Positions 45,088 through 59,513 of a stretch of 64,000 nucleotides of DNA are shown here, piece after piece (position 1 is the first letter of the stretch; each line of letters starts with the position of its first letter). The notes beneath the pieces are model-generated. The model was not told the DNA's origin, ran no database searches, and saw only the letters and a list, made by a program, of their open reading frames with translations. The stretch is from Blastocystis sp. Blastoise (taxonomy: Eukaryota > Protista > Bigyra: Opalinata), in NCBI GenBank assembly GCA_039096225.1, contig JBBPEB010000014.1, positions 186,001 to 250,000 of the forward strand, given 5' to 3'. The translations under genes were made by a program, and so were the position numbers.

Positions 45088-46521
45088 TAGACAGAATAAC
45101 AAAAAAAACCAAATACCTTGTTGCTTTCTAGAACAACACTCTTTTTTTGTTCTTTTGGATTCTGAAATTAAAAAATCAGAATTTAAAGATAATATCCTTT
45201 TCTTTGAGTTTACATGAAGGAGCGTTTCTAAATATGGTTTTTTGAAATGATTTTGTAATTCTTCATATTGTTGTATATTTGAAGTCAAACATGCATTCTA
45301 TATATAGAACATAGTACTCCTAAAATATGATTTAGAAAATACTTCTTCAGCAACTGTTTTTAGAAGTGATTTTGTGTTAAGTATTCTTTGAGATACATTT
45401 TCAAGTCGTTTATTTATGAGGATAAACGAAGATTCAAGTGTTGACTTATTCATTATTGTCTTTATTGTCTTTATACATTGATCCTTATTATAAATAGCAG
45501 ATACAGACAAAACTCTAAAAGTAATAATACAATTTATTATTATATAATATAGAATCATACTGATCAATAAGGATCTTCATATCAATCATGCTTCTTCGAA
45601 GAGATATCATTTCTTTCTTTATATTCGAAATAGACTTCTTGTATATCAAGACTCTATATAAACGTCATGAAGACAAAATAATTTATGAGTATACTTATGA
45701 TATGTATATTCATCATTCTGCTTATATATATCAACTATTTGTTTTAAATAATAAATTTCTTCTTCTTGTTTCTTTATAATATCTTTTTGACCTTCTATTT
45801 GTGTATTCGCTACTTGAACACATTGAAGAACTCTATATATGTTCCGTAAATTATCATAAATATACAAATACTCTTGTAGTTTTCCATTAAGGATACAAGG
45901 AAACTGTGTAAATAATGTTCTACATTGCTCAAGAACACTTTGAAATAAAGAGAATTGATATTGAAGTCCTGCTATTGCCATTCTATCCTATAAAGTATAA
46001 ATTTATATAATAATAATTCTATACATACTTTCATTAGAATACTTCGTGAATGGCGTTCTTGTTTCTTCATTTTATTCTCTACGATAGCTAATTGAGATTC
46101 TAATTTTAATATATAATCCTAAAATATTTCATTTTTTTATCTAAAGATAATAATCATTATACTTCTAAATCGATGTTCTTCTTGCTATATAAAAGAACAT
46201 GAAAACTAAAAATAATATTCGAAAATATACAAAAGATTATTCATTTCTTCATTATACTTATCATTCAATGACTTATATATTTTATTCTGCGAACCTATCA
46301 ATATTAAAAAAATCTTAAAAACCCAAAATACAAATCATTTGCAAATGTAATTCTTCTACATAATTCTTTTGCTCTTCATTGGATATTAACTACTCTATTA
46401 GTCTATATATCATATAAAAAATGCATACAGCATATTCAGATATATATCGGAGATCTTGTTTCAATAATCGTAATTCACACAGAATTTGTTTGATCAATGC
46501 ACATTTTTCTGTCTCTTCCAT
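44800..46521 (-). CDS. Hypothetical coiled-coil protein (multi-exon)
   Basis: A chain of GT-AG-bounded exons runs from MEETEKCALIKQILCEL to ...LKKYGLTI*. No domain recognised. Confidence 0.5.
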
Positions 46522-46850
46522 TCTTTTTGATAGTCTATTATATCATATAAGTGTAAATTATAGCATCTATTTAATAATCAAAGAAATATAAATAAAACGA
46601 AACCCTCCATAAATAGAATCACAATTACTGGAGAACAAGAAAAGCAATTGTCGAATAAAAAACCTTAAAAAGTGGTTCACAATTCATTTTTTCTTTTCTT
46701 CATTTTTTGGATATATTTGCATAACTTGTCTCTTTTCTTCGCTTTTATGGCTCTACCTTATTCTTTAGTCTCAACAGTTTCTTTTAATGAAATAGTCATG
46801 GAATTATTCCCAATAAATAAAATAACTTACATTGTATACTTTACTATCTC

Positions 46851-48121
46851 ATGGATGAATATAATAGCACATTGAAATATGCAGAGACAACGTATAATTT
46901 TATATGGATTGATTATAATTCATCTACGGATCTTATCATTAATTGTGGTCTCATTACGCCTTTGTTTCAAAAATTATTTCATGTTTCCAATCAAGATATT
47001 GTCTTAGATTCTCAGTTAAATTCAATCTTCAAATATAAATCAGATTTCAACTTCATTAAAGAGATCATTAACAAAATGTTAATGACTCATGTCATTCAAA
47101 AGCATATATCAAGAAGAACAATCAATAAGATATCTTGTGATATTCATGTATATAGAATTGGAGCATCGTATGTATTTAAAATCTTCTTTTCTAAAACAGT
47201 ATGTCCAATCTATGATCTTTATCATAAACGATACAAGCATTCAAGAAAGTTATCAAAACATTCTTCAAATCAAGTAGTTGTTTCTTCAATATCCTCAGAA
47301 ATATCAGCAAGTTGTTCTTCAAATCAAGATTCAAATACAATAAAAACTATTTTTTATAATCAACTGTCTTCATTTGACATTTGTCATGTCCTCTTTAATT
47401 ATCCATCTTTTTCTATACTATATATAGATGGAATACAAGATAAATCAATTCAAAAACAGTTTCTTTCAACTCCTCTTTCAGATCTTCTCCTTCCCTTAGA
47501 AAATAAAACATTAGTTTCGTTAATAGATTCTATAGACTTCCAGCAACCCTATATATGTAACATAGGAATGCTACTTAAGGATCAAGAATATCAAATTGTC
47601 AAATGTCTTTTTTATATCGAAAAAGAGCCCGAGAATAAACAACAAACACGTAGATTTATATTATTTGTTTTATTCTTATTATTTATTTTATTTTTATTAA
47701 TTATTTTATTTTCTTTTATTATTTGCTATTATTTATATTATTTTTATAGTATTTGTTTTTTTTTTAAATTATTTACTAATTTTGTCAAATTTTGGTTTAC
47801 TATTGTTTCTTCTATATATATATGTATATATTCTATAGATATGTTCTATGATGCTCATGACATTTGTCTTCTCTCCGCAACTCCACATAAATATATACAT
47901 CTCTTTCTCTCTTTCTCTGTATATATTATATATATATATATTATATTCATATATATATTATACATTATCTATAGAATACAATACAACGTGTGTCGTCGTC
48001 CTTCTTAACTGTCTTCAAAGAGTATTCCTATATATGTAACTATGGTATTATTGTTCTTCAAGAAGACATGACTACTATATCACTCTATAATAACTATGTT
48101 AAAAAATGGATCAAATCTATC

Positions 48122-48152
<31 letters not shown>

Positions 48153-51100
48153 TATCTTTATAAATATACATAACACTTTCTATAATGATCATCAATTCAA
48201 TCTAATTCATCATATATATAAATAATCCTTTAATATCCTATAATACTATATATATAGAACAATCAATCGATAGCATTATATTTATCATCTTCATCCTTCG
48301 AAGAACTTCGAAAGGATCTTAGTCACGTGCATAACCCCCATCATCCCTCTTCTCTCTCTGGTCTCTATTATACATTCTTAGCTACAAATAAACCTCTCTC
48401 TATATATGTAAATCTATATTATAATACATCTCTACATTTATTTTTTCTCCATCTTATTAATGAAACAGAAGAGAAAGAGAAACAATATGCACAAGAATTT
48501 GAATATCGTACACTTGAATTAACTGCTTCGATTTCTAATACATTAGTGCACCTTCTCTGTACCTATAGTTTTACTATTGATCCTATTACACTATTTATTA
48601 CTCGATATAGCCCTTCCTTCCAGAGAGAAATGGGAGGAGAAGGAGATAGTCTACACATGACTATTATGGATATTCTCTATAGTAATAATGATAAACTAGT
48701 ATTTCATCAATATTTTGAAAAAGTTTATAAGAATATCTTACCTCATATAGAATTCTATTTAGATATAAAGAAAAGAAATGGGCAAAGAAAAAGATGTAAA
48801 TTTCTGATAACTCGTGCTGTAGTTATTGTAGAGATTATTATTTGTATCACAGAAGAACCCCCATTTGTGGATGATTATGAGTTACGGAACACAGTACGAA
48901 GATTAGAAAATGAGAAATCAAGTTACTTAGAATCCCTTGTAGGTATATATATGATCATGAATTTAGACACATATATAATTGAATATGTTCAATGCCCCAG
49001 TAATAGTCGATTATGTTTAAACTCAGGAAGAAGTTTAATGGATATTATTGATCGCTCGAAGAGAAGTGACATCGAACAACTATTTATACGTATGAAAGAA
49101 ACCAATATACCGATAAAAGACAAAGAAATCGAATTCAATATTAATGGTATATATATAGTATTTATTCTAGCTTTTATTGTATACATATATTATATTATTG
49201 TATATTATATAGTTTTATGAGTTTTTATGAATATTCTTGTTATTTAAAAAATAGTTTGTTTATTTAATAATAATATATATATATAGAGTTAATGTATTCC
49301 ATGCAGTTCAATGCAACCCCCATAGAAGATACAAATTCATGTGTAATTATCTCTCTCAATATCTCTACAGTCACGAATAAGGTATATATATATATATATA
49401 TATACTACTTTGTTTTACTTGATATAAAATAAAAATTCATTTTTTTTTATCATTATAATTTACTTGATTTTATTATATATATACATATATATTATATCCT
49501 TTGTCAACTCTACTATATATATATAGTATTACTTCTCCTCCCTCCCTTCCTCTCTCACGAATTCAGCCTCTTCTCCATTTTATACCCTTAAAGCGGAACT
49601 CAATCGGTTTCTCCTTTTTCTCTTCGATCATATCTCTTTGGGAACATGTATTATAGATATATGGACATTAGATATTAAAGAAGTATCTATTTCTGTTAAA
49701 CAAAGACTAAGAATCAAAAGATATAAGAACTTAAAAGATTATATTTATAGAAAAGAAGACATTCATACTTTATTATGGCATATAGGAAATATATCCACAA
49801 AACAAGCTTTTTATAATATTCCTGTCGTATTCAGAAACTCATGTATATTATTATGTTTATTATATTTATTATATTTATTATATTTATTATATTTATTATA
49901 TTTATTATATTTATTATATTTATTATATTTATTATTATATTTATTATATTTATTATATTTATTATATTTATTATATTTATTATTATTATTATATTTATTA
50001 TTATATTAATGCACTTTTCTTCTATTAAATAATATTCATATATACTTTATTGAATAACATATATTCCTATATATATATTCCTTCTAGCTTGTCAGTATCT
50101 TCTGAAATTGTCTGGATTTGCATATCCTCTTGATGATTCCGTCCTTCTTACTTTCAGCAACATTCAGCAAGATCTATATATTCCTCCTTCGCAATCTCCA
50201 CTTACTCCTCTTCCTTCTCTTCCTCATCCTTTATCTACTAATACTAATAATACAAATACTATTAATAATAATAATGATAGTGATATTATATATACTACAA
50301 ATATCAATACAAATAATAATTCGAATAGAACTCATATGGTATCTCCTTCCTGTTCTATTCTTCCACCTGTTTCTATTCCTCTGAATACTCCTTTTAATAT
50401 ACCTACCTCTTTACTCCCTTCTCTATTCTCTCTTATTAATACTTATTTATATTATTGTTTACTTCTTCCTTCTCCTCCTTATTCTTTCCTCTTTATCTCC
50501 AATAGACTTAAAACACTTCTTAATATACAAGATATGTCCTATTCAAATATATCTATATTTCAATATATGAATGAGATCTATGTAGTTCAACTTCAACAAC
50601 TATTACAAACACTAGATACATCGAAAGATATACAATATATTGATATACCTCTGAATATTCCTGGAAAAGAGAATTTGTGGTGTTCTATAGCTGTACTTCC
50701 TCTAGAAGCTAAGTATAATATGAATATGGAAAATGAATATATTCACGGGAATGATCCTATAAAGAGAGAAGACGAGAGTGATCAAGAGATAGGAATGAAT
50801 ATCGATATTGATATAGATACATCGTTGAAGCCAGAACAAGTGAATTGCCATGATTATGAATGTAATTACCCTTATTTCTCATTAGGAACTTCATCAAATA
50901 TTAAGAAGAATAAGAATGAAGAAAAAAATAGAAATAATATAAATAATGTAAATGATAAAAATAGCTTAAATAATATAAATAATATAAATAATATTAATGA
51001 TAAAAATAACAAAAATAATGTAAATGATAAAAATAACAAAGATAATATAAATAATCAAAATAACTTAAATAATATAAATAAGACATCATCATTATCATCC

Positions 51101-52186
51101 TCATTATCTTCTTCCTCCTCTTCTCCCTCTTCTTGTTATCTCTCTTCTTCTGTTCCTTCGCACACTTCAAATGTACCTACTTGTAATCCACATTATATTG
51201 CTTATTCTACTTCTATCTTCTTATTATTCCACTCTGTAAAAGCAGAGTCGCCAACACTGTTAAAACAAAAAGAACACTTATTCTTAAAGACACTGGAGTA
51301 TAATTATACTATTAATAATATAGATGAAGCTATATTAACTATTGATATAGATCATTATATATGTCAATCATGTAATTCTATATATACCCAAATGATAGAT
51401 AAAGAAGGAGTAGGTACAAACTTCATAGAGAGAATTGATACTAAGTATAAATCGTTAGTAACACAAATGTTCACAAATATTATTCATAATAAAACATCAT
51501 GCAAACGAATTGTTGTACAAGTAAGATATTTATTGTTATGTTTATTATATTTATATGCATTAAATTATTATGTTTATTATTGATAATCATCTATTAGAAT
51601 CATCATTTAAAATTCTTTTTAATCTATATTGATCCACTATTAAAGCTATTTCATAATTATAATTTCTCGTCTATTATTAATTAATATATATAAAAAGTAT
51701 ATATATCTAGATCATTTCATTTTCTGGAATCACATTATGGATTGATTTATCCGCACTGTATCTCCCTTCTTCAAGATCTCTTTTCCTTCTGCTCAAGAAC
51801 TGTACGGAGAACGAAGCTCGAGCCACAAGAGAACGTCGACTTGTATCTTATATAATGGAATCCGTTGAACAACAAAAGATTCTCTTTGAAGCTGCTTTTA
51901 ATGGTACATTTCATATTAACTTAAAAACATTTATTCTTACTTCTGTATCTCCTGCATTTATTCAACTTATTGGATACTCTTTAGAAAACAAATGTATTCT
52001 TAATTATGTCTCTCTTACACAGAAATATAAATTGAAACATATTTTATCCTCTATGGCGAATTCAGGTCAACCTCTTCAAGCCTATCGTCAATATCTATAT
52101 ATACCACGAGATGAATTACCTTCATTAGCAACTACTATTGGACCTCTATCTCCACCTTCCTCCTCCTCTATTCATACAGACACTAC

Positions 52187-52236
<50 letters not shown>

Positions 52237-52266
52237 TCTCAGATAATAATAATAATAATATCTCAG

Positions 52267-52361
<95 letters not shown>

Positions 52362-55300
52362 CGTTTATCATCTACTCCTATAAGTCCAACTACAGCTTCC
52401 CTCCCTCCAAACGTCAATTTCCCATCCCGAGGAACGCCTACTTCACCTCCATCCATCTCCAATACCATCCCTCCACAGACATTTCGTTCCACTTCAAAAG
52501 CCAATAAACCGTCTCTATATAATACTAATACTATCGATCCTCTTGACTATGATCAACAGAAATATAAACTCTTTGTACTTGAATTTACCGCGGTTATCAC
52601 AGAAATGAATAAAGATATAGCAGTAGAAGCATTAGTATGTGTGAAAGATGTAACAAAACTGGAAGAAGAAGAATTAAAACAAAAACAACTTCGTCTTTTA
52701 GTTGCACGACGAGATAAACAACAACGTGCTCTTCTTGAAGTTGGATTCGATGGCACGTGCGTCGTTGAACTAAATACGAACACAATTATTTATACTTCTG
52801 AAAAATTTGAACGTATTGTGGGGAATCATTTGGTTGGATCACAATTACCTGTCCCTCCTAATTGTGTTCCACTACTCACGAGAAAATTGAAGATTCTTCA
52901 TGACTTATGTATATATATATATATATATCACTTTATATTTAACTTTTCATGATTTTTGTTCTTTTAACTTCTAGATATTATACTAAGAATAATCATGGTT
53001 TGTTTACTATAACTAATCTCCTTTCTATACAACTTCTTCAATCTTTATCTTTCTCTATAGACACACCGATGAAAGGTTTCCGTGTACCTCTCTATGTATC
53101 GTCCTCTATTTCCGCGGGGAAGAAGAATCACGAAGGAAGTACTGGTTCCATACATAGTACAACTTCTTCTCTTTCTTCTTCTTCTAAAGACAGTTCTAAG
53201 GCTACAAATACACCCTCTGTTCTCCTAGTAGAACTGTATGCTGTTCATATTCCAAAGCAGAATAATGCTATTGTATGTATTCGTGACGTGAGAGAAACAG
53301 TAGAGATGGAACAACGAGAAAGAGACTTGAGGAAAAAAGCAGAATTAGCCAATAAGAAGAAAAGAGATTTTGTTGTATATACTTATATATAGTATAGTAA
53401 TCTATTATTATTATCTTTTTTTATTAGTGTATAATCAATTTTATTTTTTGTTCTGTCTTCAAAGAATAAAATATATATGAATAATATTATATATAGGCTT
53501 ATATATTTCATGAAGTACGAAATAGTTTGTCTCCAATTTCCTTGGGAATTGACTCTCTTTTAAATGATAAACAAGCACTTGATTTAGTATGTTTATATAT
53601 ATATATATATATATATAGTTTGGTTCAATGTTAGTAACCCTTCGTTCTTCTTGTGATTCTCTTCATCATACTTTAGATGATGTGTTATCTATGCAAAAAC
53701 TCGAAGAAGGTGCCTTTGAAATTGAGCGGGAATATTATGATCCTTATGAAGCTCTTAAAGATATATATAATCGCTATAAACCTCAAGTATATATATAGTA
53801 TTATATATAATAATATACTTATGAATACCAACTATAGTTTTCAATTGCTATATACATTATTATTATTATTATTCTATAATTTATTTATATTCTCCTTATA
53901 TACTGATTATTTATAAATATATATATAATATATATATTACTCTTCTATAGGCAACAGCAAAGAATCTCTTATTCAACTATAATATTGCTCGTTCACTTTG
54001 TGATAAGTATATTTATGGAGATCGGAATAGAATTGAAATGGTTATCTCTAATTTTATTTCTAATGGTATTATTATTTATTCTATATATATCACTTGTGTC
54101 ATTATCATTTATTTGTCATTTAATAAACACATATTATTCTCTTATACTTCAATCTTTATAGCTCTGAAGTTTACAGGTTCTGGAGGTACAATCACTATTA
54201 ATGTATATATATCAACATATATACCTCCTTGTTTATCTTCCCTCGCATCTCTTCCCTCCATTCCTATATCCCTCTTAACATCTCCCAATCAACCAACACA
54301 AATGGGAGATAGTGTTTCAAATAAAGAAGATACAGAGTCTTCTCTTAGTACTACCTCATTTCCTCCTTTTCCTTCTCCTCTTCACTCTCCTGATACTACT
54401 CCTTCAACTACATCTCAATCTACATTTCTCTTCCCTTACTCTTCTTCCTCCTCTTCTATACCTACAGATATACATATAGATACTAATAAGAATACTGACT
54501 CTAAACATCCTAACAGCAATATTAATAATATTTCATCTACTGATTCTATTACTTCTTCTAAGCCACGATCTCTCTCAACATCTACATCTCTTCCATTCTC
54601 TTCTCTCTCTCCTTGTCTCTCTATCTCATCTTCTACTACTCCATCTTCTCCCTCTATCTCCATCTCTTCCTCTCCATCTATTGCCGCTATATCCCTCCCT
54701 GATCCATCTTTGGAATCAATAGAATACTCTATTTCACCATTAGATAAATCGGATATATATATACCATCAGAACTAATATCTACTTCATTCCATAGCTCTC
54801 TTTCTTCTTCTTGTTTAACCCAACTCTCTAAACATATTAATAATGATCTATTGACACCATCTCTATCTACAGATACTATAAAGAAAGAAAATGTTAAAAA
54901 AGACAAAGAAACTTTAAAAGAAACTTTAAAAGAAACTTTAAAAGAAGCCAAAGAGCTTGCGAATGTAGACACAATTCTTCCTTTAGAACCCAATATAGTA
55001 GACATATTAAAGAGAGAAAGACGTCTCTCTACAAGTAATATACATATGCATAAGAGTGAAACTTTAAATAATGAACAAAAACGTAAAAGAAGTGAATCTT
55101 ATGCATGTGATGATCACGTGATGGAAACACAAAATGATGAAAAGACGTTAGTGGATAATAATAAGAATAATCAAATATCCTTAGAAGATCACGTGACTGA
55201 TGTCGAGTCTCCAGAGAATAATCAGAATGATATACTATCCAAGAAAGCAAAACAGTCTTCTTCTTCTTCTTCATCATCCTCATCTTCATCTTTATCTTCA

Positions 55301-56919
55301 TCTTCATCTTCTATTACTCCTCCTTATCCTCTTGATGGACAATATACTGAGAAGAATAATCCGAATGATGTATCCGCTAACAATCTATTACCAAATAATA
55401 ATAATAACAATAATAATAATGAGGGTGGTATATCTATTGATACGAATAGTAATATCAATATTAATAATAAGAATATTTCCCAAGAAGATTCTTCCTTCCA
55501 TTTCCCTACCTCTAAAGACTCTTTCCCATCCTCATCCCTTGACCCCATGACTGTCTCCAATCAAACTATATCTCCATCCATTCCTCCCTCTCAAAGTCCA
55601 TCTACCTCCTTGAAGAAGCATCCCACCATTTCTATTCCTTCTTCTTCTTCTTCCCATGCATCCAATCGTCCCGCCATAACCCCCTTTCTGTTCCCGCCAC
55701 ATCTTATGTTCTCGGATCTTCATACTTCGTTTATCTCTTCTTCTTTCTCTGCTTCACCTCTTCTTCATTCCTTAAATATAAATGATTCTATATATACACA
55801 GAATCCTCAGTCACTCTATCCTTTCCTTTCTAATAAAGACTTCTTTTTACCGCGGGAAATGGATAAAATTGATAATCGATGTATTTTCCCTTATGAAGGA
55901 GGCACGTTTATGTGTATATTCCCACGGGACAAAGTACAAAAACCAATTCCAAAATCTGTTCGAAGGGAAGAAGAAGAAAAAGGTATATATTATAATATTT
56001 GTTAATAATGAATGTTATTTAATATATATAATATTGTTATATAATAATATATATAATAATAATATATATAGATAAATGGATATTCTTAGAGGTTGTCGAT
56101 ACAGGGGTAGGCATCAGTTACCAAGATATGCACTCTCTATTCCAACCATATGTTCAGATCACTTCAGGGGAGCTTCAGAAGGGACGCGGAACGGGACTGG
56201 GGCTGGCCATTTCACGAAGTATTATTGAGCTACACGGAGGGTATATCTCGGTATTCTCACAACCAAATATTGTATAATATATATATATATATATATATAT
56301 ATTCTTATTATCATTCTCTTTTCTTGATCATTCCACTGTAATAATAATTATATTATTATTATAACAATAGTAATACTATTCTAATTATTTTATACCTCCC
56401 TAGGGAAGTCGTTTTTGTTTCTGGATTCCCTATTATTCAACCACGCCTCCCTCCCGCCCTACTGACAACGACATTCCCATCCCCCCCTCAGCGGCCCACA
56501 GTATCGAAGGCGTTCAGGTATGTATCGTTGAGGACAGCAAGAGTATCAGACTTATGATGAATCTATGCTTAAAACAAACCAAGTGCAAAATATCCTTATA
56601 TTATATTATATTTATATTCTTTATACTTCTCTATATTGTATTATAGTATATATTATTTTCACAAAATTAATAATATATATATGTATTTCTTTATTAATAT
56701 AAACAATACTCTGTGTTGATGGATATGACGCACTTGAGAAAATCCCGCGATTATGTCCAGATATAATTTTTATGGACTATGAAATGCCGGGAATGAATGG
56801 CGGGCAAGTGACACGTATTTTGAGAGAAAAAGGAATTCAAAGTCCAATTATTGGTCTTACAGGTATATATATTATAAGAGAATATATTTTATTTATTTAT
56901 TTATTTATTTATTGTTTGT

Positions 56920-56976
<57 letters not shown>

Positions 56977-57340
56977 TTGTTATTTCTTTTATTATTTATT
57001 TATTTATTTATTTACTTACATATATATTAATAAACATATATAGGGAATGCATTGAAGGAACAAAAAGAGCAGTTTATGTCATCAGGTAGAGTGTTTAGTT
57101 ATTCTATGCTCTTTCTATTCCTTCATTCTATATATATATATATATACTTAGTTCATACTAACAACTTTATATTATGTCTTATTCTTAAATCTTTCTATTC
57201 AACATTATTCTACTATTATATATATATATAACTTATTTCAATTCTCTGTAGGACTGAATGCCATCTTAACGAAACCCGTGGATATTAATAAACTGAAAGA
57301 AACTATATACATATATACTCGTAATAAAATAAACACATAA
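46851..57340 (+). CDS. Hybrid sensor histidine kinase with multiple PAS-like repeats, HisKA, HATPase_c and receiver domain
   Basis: H box AYIFHEVRNSL; N box NFISNALKFT; G1 VVDTGVGI; F/G2 LFQPYVQ...GTGLGLAIS; receiver IVEDS...IIFMDYEMPGMNG...GLTG...TKP. Upstream PAS-like segments. The start is uncertain. Confidence 0.88.
52189..52361 (+). repeat. Coding (AAT)n poly-Asn tract in the histidine kinase
   Basis: In frame within ORF 51855-52952. Confidence 0.85.
56590..56702 (+). other. U12-type intron (113 nt) with AT-AA ends in the receiver domain
   Basis: 5' ATATCCTTA, branch-like TTTCTTTAT, 3' ...TAATATAA. This boundary restores KQTKCK|TILCVDGYDALE; the nearby AC dinucleotides do not. Confidence 0.7.
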
Positions 57341-57899
57341 AAGCCATCATTTTTCATATTAATTTTATTAAGGATTCTTGTATAAGAAAGATCTCTTCTT
57401 TTCCTCTTTTATTGATGTATATGTATAAAATAACATATTTTCCATTGAATATATTATTTTGTTTTCAACGTCCTAACAAAGAAATAAGTTAAGACAACCA
57501 AAAGAATCTTTTCATATATTATATACTGTTTTTATATATTTTGTAGTGTTGAGAAGCCTATAATAGAAGTATGTACACTCAAATCTGGACTAGAAAGTAT
57601 TATCTATTTACAAGACTATAAAATATACATATTGATATATCTATTGTTCTTATGAAAAGAATCATATGAACAAACTTTCTGATTATAAAAGAGGAAGCAG
57701 ATGAAAATCTCAAAAGAGATTTCCTTATGAATCTAAAGAGGTGTCATTCCCATATAATTGGCTGTTCTTCACGTTGTCCAATCAAATCTCAGATCTTCTT
57801 TTTATTTGTGTTTTTGGCAGCACTCCTTTTTCATCAATAGGATCTCATTTTCAGAAGAATTAAGTTAAAGTTTTCATTTTTGTTTATTCTCCTTTGATT

Positions 57900-58725
57900 A
57901 TGTCAGCCAAAACATATGAATTAGTGACTCTTTGTCCTTTTCTTAGAAAGGATCAGCTGCGAGTATGTTTCAAAAAGTGTTTTAATCAAAAGATCCTACC
58001 GAAGTCATCAGAATTAAGTCAAAAAATTGATCAATATTGGAATGAAGTACTTTAAATAGCTATTTAGCATAGTTAGTTTAATCTATTATTTATAGAAACT
58101 GAAAGAGAATCCAAATATTTGGAATGCTACAAAATTTCGTTATTGTTCAAGTTATTATGACCCAAAAGCTAATGTGTGTACTTTTAATACTGGTTTGAGT
58201 GATTATAAATCATTTATTACCACAAATATTTCTCCTTATTATCCACAATTGGAGCAATTGGGTCTTAAAGAAAACAATGATAAATTTTTATATATTGGGA
58301 ACCCGATGGGAAATCAAAACCTTGTTTTGACAAAAGATGGTTATGCTGTTTATATGAGAGTGAGTAGAACACATGTTCAAGGTGGAGGTCGTCTAGCTGG
58401 TCCTGGAGGTCATCCTGAACCTGATGTATATACGAATATTCATATTATTTATTTATCATTTATACAAGTATCATAAATAATAAAATATAACTATATATTT
58501 ATATATAGAATGTTCAAATAAGTGAAGCTCCTGAAGAAGAGAATGAGGAATTGAATCAATTAATTGTAAATGAACTCTTTAATAGTAGTAGTCGTGAGAT
58601 TTTCGAAGAAATTAATATTCCTATCAGTTCTCTATATGTGACTCGTTTACTTGGGTTTATGAGGTATATTCTTATAATATAATGATTCTATTTATTTATT
58701 TGTATTTTATTTATTAATATGAATT

Positions 58726-58769
<44 letters not shown>

Positions 58770-59103
58770 TGTATAGTAATTTAGTGACCAATGGAAGACA
58801 AGGTATTTTATTCTTAGCAAAGACAACACTGACAAAAGATGAAGTATATGATGCTTATATGCACGGTCCTGTAGATAAGATTGAAAGTGATTATTTGGAA
58901 TTTATTAAATTTGATGATATTACACATGATGTATATTTGTTTTTTATTATATTTATTAATACATATATAAAGTCATAATTATTCATCATATATAGAACAT
59001 TCCTCCTTATCATTATGTCCCTGAAGTATTATCGATCTTCGAAGCCCTTCATCTTTTATATAAACAAGATCCTATTTTATATGATGAAATAGTCAACATG
59101 TAA
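57900..59103 (+). CDS. NUDT22: Nudix hydrolase, NUDT22-like (UDP-sugar pyrophosphatase)
   Basis: YWNE-KLKENPNIWNATKFR, GLSDYKSFITTN, GNPMG...TKDG...R.S...GPGGHPEP and ELFNSSSREIFEEINIP. Confidence 0.75.
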
Positions 59104-59248
59104 ACCATCTGTATTCGATGTTTTTACGATATTATTATTCTCTTTTTTTTATTCCTGTTTTTGGTTCAATAATGAATATGTTGTATAGATCTCTATACAC
59201 AACCAAACTAAATAAGGAGTACATATATATAAATTACAAGGAAATCCT

Positions 59249-59429
59249 TTATTCTATATATTTCATTCTTAAAACAAATACTTGTCTGCAAGGCATTTGA
59301 CGTATATTGAGGGAAGGTAAATAAATACGCAATATTGAATCCACTAATAAAGAATATAGAATACTTTGACATATAATAAATTTATAAACATATATATGCA
59401 TTATAAGATATAACATAAAATAAAGCAAA

Positions 59430-59513
<84 letters not shown>

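Noticed and set aside
47650-47838. Transmembrane segments in the histidine kinase ORF
   Set aside because: They coincide with a T-rich GT-AG intron and are not part of the default protein.
49494-49502. ATATCCTTT minor-donor lookalike
   Set aside because: It lies inside an ordinary GT-AG intron whose removal already keeps the frame.
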